From NCBI GenBank assembly GCA_016182085.1, contig JACOYB010000004.1:147923-211922 (forward strand): DNA of 64,000 nt, written 5' to 3'. The position numbers and the translations under genes are program-made. The notes beneath the pieces are model-generated. The model did not search any database. It was not told the origin of the DNA and saw only the letters and a list, made by a program, of their open reading frames with translations. The stretch comes from Candidatus Magasanikiibacteriota bacterium (GTDB lineage: Bacteria > Patescibacteriota > Patescibacteriia > Magasanikbacterales > GWA2-37-8). Positions 56,693 through 64,000 of this stretch are shown in pieces (the first letter of the stretch is position 1; each line of letters opens with the position of its first letter).

Positions 56693-57062
56693 GTTGTCAT
56701 TCCCGTCGCAGCGGGAATCCAGTCGATATGAATCAACGCAAAAATTATTATGTATATATTTTGGCAAGTAAAAGAAATGGCACTTTATATATTGGAGTAA
56801 CAAATAGTTTGATCAGACGAATTTATGAACACAAGCAAAATTTAATTGCTGGGTTCACAAAAAAATACGGAGTTCATAATCTAGTTTATTATGAAACTTA
56901 CGATAGTATAGACACTGCGATTGCCAGAGAAAAAGAAATTAAAAAATGGAGAAGAAAACCTAAAATTGACCTAATAGAAAAAGATAATTTAAATTGGCGT
57001 GATTTGTATAAGGAATTAAATCCAGCTTAGCGACTGGATTCCCGCTGCGGCGGGAATGACAA
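56693..57062 (+). mobile_element. Compact GIY-YIG nuclease element bounded by about 30-bp terminal inverted repeats of the GTCATTCCC...GGGAATCCAG hairpin family, inserted between pheS and pheT
   Basis: Left IR GTTGTCATTCCCGTCGCAGCGGGAATCCAGTCG (56693-56725) and right IR CGACTGGATTCCCGCTGCGGCGGGAATGACAA (57031-57062) are reverse complements with 1-2 mismatches. The ORF occupies the whole interior. Confidence 0.8.
56728..57030 (+). CDS. GIY-YIG domain nuclease (small YhbQ/COG2827-like)
   Basis: YYVYILASKRNGTLYIGVTNSLIRRIYEH (GIY...YIG), conserved R, E in EKEIKKW. 100 aa. Confidence 0.85.
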   Translation: MNQRKNYYVYILASKRNGTLYIGVTNSLIRRIYEHKQNLIAGFTKKYGVHNLVYYETYDSIDTAIAREKEIKKWRRKPKIDLIEKDNLNWRDLYKELNPA

Positions 57063-57070
57063 AACATTAT

Positions 57071-59506
57071 ATGTTAATAAGTTATCAGTGGTTAAAAAAA
57101 TACGTTAACCTTCCGGATTCTATTACGGCCGAAGAAGTGGCGGCAAGGCTAAAGGCTAGTACCGTGGAGGTAGAGAATGTTGAATTTCAAGGAAAAAACT
57201 TGGAAAATGTTGTGGTCGGGAAAGTTTTGTCTGCCGAAAAACATCCTAATGCCGATAAATTAAAATTATGTAAAGTTGATGTTGGAAATGAAAAGTTACA
57301 AATTGTCTGCGGCGGCAGCAATGTAGTGGCGGGCATGTTGGTGGCGCTGGCCAAAGTGGGCGCAAAAGTAAAATGGCATGGCGAAGGCGAATTAATAGAA
57401 TTAAAACCAGCCAAGATTCGCGATGTAGAGTCCGCCGGTATGATCTGCGCTTCTACCGAAATTGGTTTGGCCGAACTTTTTCCACTCAAAGATGAAAAAG
57501 AAATAATGGACATCACTCATCTAAAAGCCAGGCCAGGAACACCTTTAGCACAAGTGTTAGGGTTAAATGATTCTGTTTTGGAAATAGATAATAAATCACT
57601 GAGCAACCGGCCGGATTTATGGGGGCATTATGGCATAGCCAGAGAAGTGGCGGTGCTTTTTAATAAAAATTTAAAGGAATATAAAACAGATAAAATTAAG
57701 CCAGGTAAGGGGGGCGCAGTTAAAGTAGAAGTTGAAAATACCAAACTCTGTCCGAGGTATGTGGCCGTGGCCGTATCGGGAGTAAAAGTAGGTCCATCGC
57801 CGGAGTGGCTGAAAAAAAGTTTGTCAGCTATTGGATTACGTTCCATAAACAATATCGTAGATATTACCAACTTCGTTATGATGGATCTGGGGCAGCCGCT
57901 CCATGCTTTTGACGCGGCAAAAGTTGTCGACACTACGATTGTGGTTCGCGCCGCCAAAGATGGTGAGGAATTTATTACCCTTGATGGCGAGAAAAGAAAA
58001 CTAGATTCTTCCATGCTTATGATTGCCGACCAGTCAAAGGCCTTGGCCATTGCCGGAGTAATGGGAGGCTTGGACAGTGGTATAACCGACCAAACTAACA
58101 CGATTATTTTTGAATCAGCTAATTTTGATGCTGCTTCCATACGCCACACTTCAACCAAACTTGGGCTGCGCAGCGACGCTTCGGCTCGATTTGAAAAAAG
58201 TTTAGATCCAAGTCTTGCCATGCCGGCTTTACAAAAAGCCGTAGAATTAGTGCTGCAAATTTGTCCCGGAGCAAAAGTAGCCGGCAAAGTTGTGGAAGCG
58301 TCAAAGTTTAGCGTAAAACAAGGTCCGATCATGCTAAGTATGGGTCTCTTGGAGAAAAAAATCGGGACAAAAATATCTAAAAAAGAAGTAGAAAGAATTT
58401 TGACTCAGCTTGGTTTTGAGGTAAAGAGCAAAGGTGAAGGATTTGCAGTTAAAATTCCCACTTGGCGCGCCACTAAAGATATTTCCATTGCCGAAGATTT
58501 GGTGGAAGAAATCCTGCGTATGTATGGTTATGACAAGATAGAATCGTCGCTGCCAATGTTTGCCATAAACCCTCCCGAAGAAAATAAATTGAGAAAACTG
58601 GAACGGGAAGTAAAAAATATTTTGGCAAATTCTTTATCTTATACCGAAGTCTATAATTATTCTTTTGTTAGCGGCGAGCAGATAGCAAAAATTGGGGACG
58701 ATCCCGCAAAGTATATTGCTTTAGATAATCCGCTTTCAAAAGAAAAACCATATTTGCGCCGATGCCTGCTTCTTAATTTGCTGGAAAATTTAGAACAGAA
58801 TCAAGCAGGAAATAATACGTTAAAGTTATTTGAAATTGGCAGCGTGTTTCGCGAAGAAGACTCTGGTTTGCGTACAGAATCTAATAAAGACAGCTTGTTG
58901 CCTGGACAAGATACCTGGTTTACGGCTGTGTATATGGAGAAGAAAAATAATACGCCTTTTTGGGCGGCCAGAGGCGTGGTAGAAACACTGTCAAAAACTA
59001 TATTGCCCGGTATTGTAGTTTCTAAATCCGGCGCAGACGGCTTTGCCAGACACCCATCCCGTTCGGCTGGACTTATGATGGGAGAAAAAAATGTGGGATC
59101 TTTATATGAGTTACATCCTAAAGTAGGGAGCAATTTTGGATTGGAAGGACGGGTAGGAGTAGTAAAAATAAATTTAAGCTTCGTGGCCGATCTGCAACAA
59201 TTTGAAACAACATATGCGCCAGTACCGGCATTTCCGGCTGTGGAAAGAGATTTAGCGATTATCGTTAAAAAGAACATAGCCCACCAAGATATTTTGTCAG
59301 CGTTATTAGGAGCCGATCCGCTGCTTCAGTCCGTTAGTTTGTTTGATGTATACGAGGGCGCAAATGTTAGCGCGGAATACAAAAGTATGGCCTACCATTT
59401 TATTTATAGAAATAATGAGCGAACTTTGGTAACTGAAGAAGTGGAAAAAGCCCATCAAAAAATAATTGATATCTTAAAAAAGAGTTTTAACGCCGAAGTA
59501 CGGTAA
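57071..59506 (+). CDS. pheT: Phenylalanine--tRNA ligase beta subunit
   Basis: MLISYQWLKKYV start. tRNA-binding OB domain, B3/B4 and B5 domains, C-terminal FDX-ACB. The track start at 57056 lies inside the right IR of the GIY-YIG element; ATG 57071 fits the family N-terminus. Confidence 0.93.
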   Translation: MLISYQWLKKYVNLPDSITAEEVAARLKASTVEVENVEFQGKNLENVVVGKVLSAEKHPNADKLKLCKVDVGNEKLQIVCGGSNVVAGMLVALAKVGAKVKWHGEGELIELKPAKIRDVESAGMICASTEIGLAELFPLKDEKEIMDITHLKARPGTPLAQVLGLNDSVLEIDNKSLSNRPDLWGHYGIAREVAVLFNKNLKEYKTDKIKPGKGGAVKVEVENTKLCPRYVAVAVSGVKVGPSPEWLKKSLSAIGLRSINNIVDITNFVMMDLGQPLHAFDAAKVVDTTIVVRAAKDGEEFITLDGEKRKLDSSMLMIADQSKALAIAGVMGGLDSGITDQTNTIIFESANFDAASIRHTSTKLGLRSDASARFEKSLDPSLAMPALQKAVELVLQICPGAKVAGKVVEASKFSVKQGPIMLSMGLLEKKIGTKISKKEVERILTQLGFEVKSKGEGFAVKIPTWRATKDISIAEDLVEEILRMYGYDKIESSLPMFAINPPEENKLRKLEREVKNILANSLSYTEVYNYSFVSGEQIAKIGDDPAKYIALDNPLSKEKPYLRRCLLLNLLENLEQNQAGNNTLKLFEIGSVFREEDSGLRTESNKDSLLPGQDTWFTAVYMEKKNNTPFWAARGVVETLSKTILPGIVVSKSGADGFARHPSRSAGLMMGEKNVGSLYELHPKVGSNFGLEGRVGVVKINLSFVADLQQFETTYAPVPAFPAVERDLAIIVKKNIAHQDILSALLGADPLLQSVSLFDVYEGANVSAEYKSMAYHFIYRNNERTLVTEEVEKAHQKIIDILKKSFNAEVR

Positions 59507-59574
59507 ATTTTCTTGACACAAATTTCTGCCAGTGAGATAATAGCTATATAATTATTAATTTTAATGGAGGGAAT

Positions 59575-59955
59575 ATGTTTGAGAATTCAAAAGATATTTT
59601 ATATCTGGTAATCGCGTTTTGCGTTTTATGGATAACCGTTTTCTTGTGCTGGATGTTTTATTATGTAACCAGAATTTTGAAAAATGCCAATCAAATTGCC
59701 GAAGAATTTCGCGCGCGGTTGCAAATCTTAACTGAAACCATAAATTATTTAAGAGGCAAGGTAGAGAGTATCCACAGTTTAGTGAGCATGGCCAGCGGCG
59801 GTGTGGCCGGAGTGGTAAAAAGCATGGTAAGCAAAAAGGCCAATGAGTGGATAAGCAAAGGTTCGAATAAGTTCAACTCCGCAGCCAAAGATGCCGTAGA
59901 CAAAGCCGTAGAAGCTACAGCCAAGAAGATGAAGAAAACTGCTAAAAAAATTTAA
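59575..59955 (+). CDS. Hypothetical small membrane protein with Lys-rich C-terminus
   Basis: One TM helix (LYLVIAFCVLWITVFLCWMFYYV) then a coiled-coil/Lys-rich tail. Confidence 0.4.
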   Translation: MFENSKDILYLVIAFCVLWITVFLCWMFYYVTRILKNANQIAEEFRARLQILTETINYLRGKVESIHSLVSMASGGVAGVVKSMVSKKANEWISKGSNKFNSAAKDAVDKAVEATAKKMKKTAKKI

Positions 59956-60064
59956 TGAAATTTAATTAAAAAATACCCTGCAAAAGGGTATTTTTTAACG
60001 TTGATTTTGTTTATCCTTTGGGGTAAGATAGGGCCTATAAGAGGGGTAGTTTTAGATATATTTT

Positions 60065-63000
60065 ATGTCAGATTTCGTTCACCTCCATGTCCACTCCCAC
60101 TATTCTTTGCTTGACGGGTTGCCAAAAATAGATGAGTTGGTTGGCCATGCCAAAAAGCTCGGCTACAAAGCCCTGGCTCTTACCGATCATGGCAATATGT
60201 ATGGCGCCATTGAGTTTTATGAGGCTTGCCAAAAAGAGGGTATAAAACCCATTATTGGCGTGGAAGCATACTTAACCGCCGGCGATCATTTGGAAAAAAA
60301 TAACCGAGATGAAAAAGTATACCATCTCGTTCTTTTGGCATTAAATTATACCGGGTATAAAAATCTCATGAAATTGTGTTCGGTGGCAAATCTGGAAGGG
60401 CTTACCGATAAGCCGCGTCTGGATAAAGCGCTTCTAAAACAATATCACGAAGGCGTGATTGCTTTGTCATCTTGTGCGGAGGGTGAGATTCCTTGGATCT
60501 TACAAAAAGAAGATAATTATGAAAAAGCTAAACGAGTGGCGCTGGAATACAAAGAAATTTTTGGTGAAGAAAATTTTTATTTGGAACTAATGGATTTACC
60601 GGCGCTGGAAGGCCAAATGGATTTGAATACCAAACTTATTCAATTATCTAAAGATGCCGGCATACCGCTCGTAGTTACCCGCGACGCGCATTATTTGAAT
60701 TCCGAAGATGCCGAAGCGCAGGATATTTTAACCTGTATTCGTGACGGCCGAACTTTGGAAGAAGATAATCGTATGAATATGAGCAGCGTGGATTATTCGC
60801 TGGCGCCCGCCAAAGAAATTGTTGGCCGCTTCAAACATATTCCCGAAGCAGTTATAAATACGGCCAAGATTGCTGAGCGGGTGGATTTAAAAATAGAATT
60901 AAACAAATGGCATTTTCCCGATATTGATATTCCATCGGGCAAAACCGCGGACCAGTATTTGCGAGAGCAGGTTTATGAAAAATTGCCGCAGCGTATTCCC
61001 ATGACCGAAGAAGTTAAAAAACGCGCCGATTATGAATTAGACATTATTGCCAAAAAAGGCTATTCCCCATATTTTTTAACCGTAGCCGATTATATTGGCT
61101 ACGCGCGTGAACATAAAATCATGGTGACTACTCGCGGTTCGGCCGCCGGTTCTATTGTTTCTTTTGCTATGGGCATCGTCATGGATAATCCGTTATTTTT
61201 TAAACTTCCGTTTGAACGATTTTTGAATCCGTTTCGTCCCAGCCCTCCGGATATTGACGGCGATTTTGCCGATGACAAGCGCGATGAAATGATTGCCTAT
61301 GTGACCAAAAAATATGGCGCCGATAAAGTGGCGCAGATTATTACTTTTGGTACGATGATGGCGCGAGGCGCGGTAAGAGATGTAGGGCGAGCGCTCGGTT
61401 ATTCCTATTCTTTTTGCGACCAGGTCGCCAAGATGATCCCGTTTGGCGCGCAAGGATTTCAGATGACGCTTACGAAAGCTTTGGATTTGGAGCCGGAATT
61501 AAAAAAATTATACGATAAGAATTCCGAAGCGAGGCGCTTACTTGATCTGGCTAGAAAAGTTGAGGGCTGTGCTCGCCATACGTCTATCCATGCCGCCGGC
61601 GTGGTGATTTCGCCTACGCCGCTTACGGATTTTACCCCGGTACAGCTGGAAACCGGCGGCGATAAAGTAGTTACCCAATACGAAATGCATTCGGTAGAAG
61701 CAGCCGGAGTTTTGAAGATGGATTTTTTGGGTATCCGCAACCTTTCTATTTTGGGAAACGCCATTGAAATTATTGAAAAAACCACCAATCAAAAAATTGA
61801 TGTATATAATTTGTATCCATGGAATGATAAGAAGACGTACGAAATGCTTGCCCGCGGCGAAACGGTGGGCGTGTTTCAATTATCCAGTTCCGGCATGACC
61901 AGATATTTAAAAGAACTTAAACCAAGCTCAATCTTCGATATCATGGCGATGGTGGCTTTGTTTCGTCCCGGGCCGATGGAGTCCATTCCCAGTTATATCC
62001 AAAGAAAGAACCATCCGGAAATGATTGAATATGAAGATCCGCGCATGAAAGAATATTTGGACCAATCACTTGGTCTGATTGTCTATCAAGACGATGTGCT
62101 TTTAACAGCCATAAATTTAGCTAATTATAATTGGGAAGAAGCCGATAAATTCCGCAAAGCGATGGGTAAGAAGATTCCCGAAGAAATGGCCAAGCAGAAA
62201 GAGAAATTTTATAAAGGCGCCAAGGAGTTTGGCAAATTATCACAGGAAAAAATAGACAGATTATGGGAGCGTATTGAGCCGTTTGCGGCCTATGGTTTCA
62301 ACAAAGCCCACGCGGCCAGTTATGCGGTGGTGGCGTATCAAACCGCGTACCTTAAGGCAAATTTTCCGGTTCAATATATGACCGCCATCTTGATCGCGGA
62401 AAGCGGCGATATTGATAAAGTTCCGGAAGTCATTTATGAATGCGAGAGAATGGGCGTAAAAGTATTGCCGCCTGGCATTAATGAAAGTTTTAAGAATTTT
62501 GCCATGATTGCCGGCAAAGACGGTGAGTCGGCGCATATTAGGTTTGGATTAAACGGTATAAAAAACCTGGGAGAAAATATTGCCGAGGCAATTTATCGTG
62601 AACGTAAAAATAATGGCGCGTATAAAAATTTACAGGATTTTTTGACCAGGGTGAAAGATAAGGATTTGAATAAAAAATCTTTGGAAAGTTTGATAAAGTG
62701 CGGGGCTTTGGATAGTTTTGGCCATGACCGCGGATTTCTGTTCGGCAATATAGAAAACCTTCTGTCTTTTGTGAAACAAATTCGCGAACATAATATGAGT
62801 ACGCAAAACTCTTTGTTTAGCGGTACGAATATAGACATGTCTTCCAAGCTTAAGTTGGCGGATAAGCCAAATGCCACGGAAGCGGAAAAATTATCCTGGG
62901 AGAAAGAATTGCTTGGTTTGTATGTTACTTCGCATCCGTTTAGCAAGTATCAGGAACTAATGAAAGAATCTCTTACGCCGCTTAAAGATTTGTCCGGTAA

Positions 63001-63523
63001 GCCGCGTAACCAATGGGTGATAGTGGGCGGCATGATAGATGCGGCCAAGAAAAAAATAACTCGCAGCGGCAAGGCCATGATGTTTGCCAAAATTTTGGAT
63101 ACAACCAGCAATTTGGAACTCTTAGTTTTTCCAAAAACATACGAAACCACCAAAGATGTCTGGGTGGAAGGCCAGCCGGTATGCGTGATCGGCAAAACCT
63201 CGGAAGACGAAGGCGATGATAAGTTGTTTGTAGAAAAAGCGTATGTGCTTACCCCCGAAAACGCGCCGCTCCTAGCCCGACAGCTGGCTTTAGGAAAAAG
63301 CCATGATCCTAAACCGCCGGCTTCCGCTCCAGTGCAGCCTTTTGAAATTATAATTAATCAGGAACAGATAAAATCAAAAGGTGATGCCATTAAAAATATC
63401 TTGAGTAAATATCCGGGAGATAAGCCGGTGGTATTAAAAGTTGGCTCCAAAATAATAAAAACTTCGTATCAAGTCGATGATTGTGAAGAGTTGAAAAAGG
63501 AGCTGGCGGTTTTGGTTGGTTAG
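60065..63523 (+). CDS. dnaE: DNA polymerase III alpha subunit
   Basis: PHP domain HLHVHSHYSLLDG. Pol IIIalpha palm/fingers motifs. OB fold at the C-terminus. 1152 aa. Confidence 0.95.
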   Translation: MSDFVHLHVHSHYSLLDGLPKIDELVGHAKKLGYKALALTDHGNMYGAIEFYEACQKEGIKPIIGVEAYLTAGDHLEKNNRDEKVYHLVLLALNYTGYKNLMKLCSVANLEGLTDKPRLDKALLKQYHEGVIALSSCAEGEIPWILQKEDNYEKAKRVALEYKEIFGEENFYLELMDLPALEGQMDLNTKLIQLSKDAGIPLVVTRDAHYLNSEDAEAQDILTCIRDGRTLEEDNRMNMSSVDYSLAPAKEIVGRFKHIPEAVINTAKIAERVDLKIELNKWHFPDIDIPSGKTADQYLREQVYEKLPQRIPMTEEVKKRADYELDIIAKKGYSPYFLTVADYIGYAREHKIMVTTRGSAAGSIVSFAMGIVMDNPLFFKLPFERFLNPFRPSPPDIDGDFADDKRDEMIAYVTKKYGADKVAQIITFGTMMARGAVRDVGRALGYSYSFCDQVAKMIPFGAQGFQMTLTKALDLEPELKKLYDKNSEARRLLDLARKVEGCARHTSIHAAGVVISPTPLTDFTPVQLETGGDKVVTQYEMHSVEAAGVLKMDFLGIRNLSILGNAIEIIEKTTNQKIDVYNLYPWNDKKTYEMLARGETVGVFQLSSSGMTRYLKELKPSSIFDIMAMVALFRPGPMESIPSYIQRKNHPEMIEYEDPRMKEYLDQSLGLIVYQDDVLLTAINLANYNWEEADKFRKAMGKKIPEEMAKQKEKFYKGAKEFGKLSQEKIDRLWERIEPFAAYGFNKAHAASYAVVAYQTAYLKANFPVQYMTAILIAESGDIDKVPEVIYECERMGVKVLPPGINESFKNFAMIAGKDGESAHIRFGLNGIKNLGENIAEAIYRERKNNGAYKNLQDFLTRVKDKDLNKKSLESLIKCGALDSFGHDRGFLFGNIENLLSFVKQIREHNMSTQNSLFSGTNIDMSSKLKLADKPNATEAEKLSWEKELLGLYVTSHPFSKYQELMKESLTPLKDLSGKPRNQWVIVGGMIDAAKKKITRSGKAMMFAKILDTTSNLELLVFPKTYETTKDVWVEGQPVCVIGKTSEDEGDDKLFVEKAYVLTPENAPLLARQLALGKSHDPKPPASAPVQPFEIIINQEQIKSKGDAIKNILSKYPGDKPVVLKVGSKIIKTSYQVDDCEELKKELAVLVG

Positions 63524-63525
63524 TT

Positions 63526-64000
63526 TTATTTGGCCAATCTCCAATTTGGGTCAGCCTTTATTTTTTTCCAAGAAGTGTAATCTTTTTGTTTGGCATGATG
63601 ATATCCGGCCACCGCGATCATAGCGCCGTTATCCATGGCATATTTCATTTGAGGGATTTGAAAATCAGTATCAGGTAAATTTTTATTAATTTCTTCCTGC
63701 AGCGTTTGTCGCAGTTTTGGATTCGCACTCACGCCGCCGCCCAAGATGATAGTTTTTGGTTTATATTCTTTGGCGGCTTTCATAGTTTTGCTTACGAGCA
63801 CATCTATAATCGCTTGTTCAAAACTGGCGCAGAAATCATTTATATTTAAGGAATTTTTATTATCTCGCAGCCAGTAAAGCGCCGAAGTTTTTAGTCCGGA
63901 AAAACTAAAATTATAATCTTTGCTATCTATCATTGGTCGGGGGAAATGAATTGCCCGCGTATTACCGCTCACTGCCAATTTAGAAATTTGCGGCCCGCCC
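63526..64000 (-). CDS. tsaD: tRNA N6-adenosine threonylcarbamoyltransferase TsaD (Kae1/YgjD family), C-terminal part; gene continues past the window end
   Basis: C-terminal ASKH-fold segment ...TIILGGGVSANPKLRQTL... and NGAMIAVAG. The ORF is open at position 64000. Confidence 0.8.
   Translation of the reverse strand, partial: GGPQISKLAVSGNTRAIHFPRPMIDSKDYNFSFSGLKTSALYWLRDNKNSLNINDFCASFEQAIIDVLVSKTMKAAKEYKPKTIILGGGVSANPKLRQTLQEEINKNLPDTDFQIPQMKYAMDNGAMIAVAGYHHAKQKDYTSWKKIKADPNWRLAK

Noticed and set aside
1-64000. CRISPR array, rRNA operon, reverse transcriptase/DGR, prophage or integrase, and alternative (UGA-recoded) genetic code
   Set aside because: - No regularly spaced direct repeats, no rRNA-like sequence and no RT, integrase or capsid motifs were seen.
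- All long housekeeping ORFs are intact under the standard code.

Overview
The window is a 64 kb stretch of a low-GC (about 40%) bacterial chromosome packed with housekeeping genes, read in the standard genetic code. By inference, the shortened core proteins (RelA/SpoT of about 500 aa, a 385-aa UvrC, a 4-domain S1, an 832-aa UvrA) and the many secreted surface proteins fit a reduced-genome, CPR/Patescibacteria-like organism. Recognisable genes are recO, a class IIb Asn/Asp-tRNA synthetase, tRNA-Leu(CAA), parA/parB, relA/spoT, gyrA, uvrB, uvrA, a short uvrC, rpsA, ftsH, a PilB/GspE-type ATPase, recG, radA, clpC, a phosphohexomutase, htpX, lemA, rseP, pheS, pheT, dnaE and the 3' part of tsaD. 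A cluster of secreted Calx-beta-repeat and peptidoglycan-binding proteins, a CAP-domain protein and a large NHL-repeat protein also sits in the window.

Three layers of accessory material stand out:
- (1) At least five compositionally foreign single-gene cassettes of 48-62% GC lie in intergenic gaps between conserved genes, each with a host-type TTGACAAAA promoter upstream and a GC-rich terminator hairpin downstream. There are also two tandem mid-GC receiver-domain-only genes. The largest cassette (about 3 kb, about 60% GC) abuts tRNA-Leu and encodes a 784-aa glycine-zipper coiled-coil protein followed by a small 2-TM protein.
- (2) A family of hairpin repeats (core ATTCCC-N8-GGGAAT inside GTCATTCCC...GGGAATCCAG) occurs as about 30-bp terminal inverted repeats exactly framing a 100-aa GIY-YIG nuclease gene inserted between pheS and pheT. 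It also occurs as cargo-less MITE-like copies upstream of relA and upstream of uvrB, and as a diverged relative between pilB and recG.
- (3) A related CCCCT/AGGGG palindromic element is inserted in-frame inside uvrB, adding about 40 residues, and a second copy sits at the uvrB 5' end with a 14-bp duplication of the start region.

No CRISPR array, rRNA, reverse transcriptase or recognisable prophage is present.
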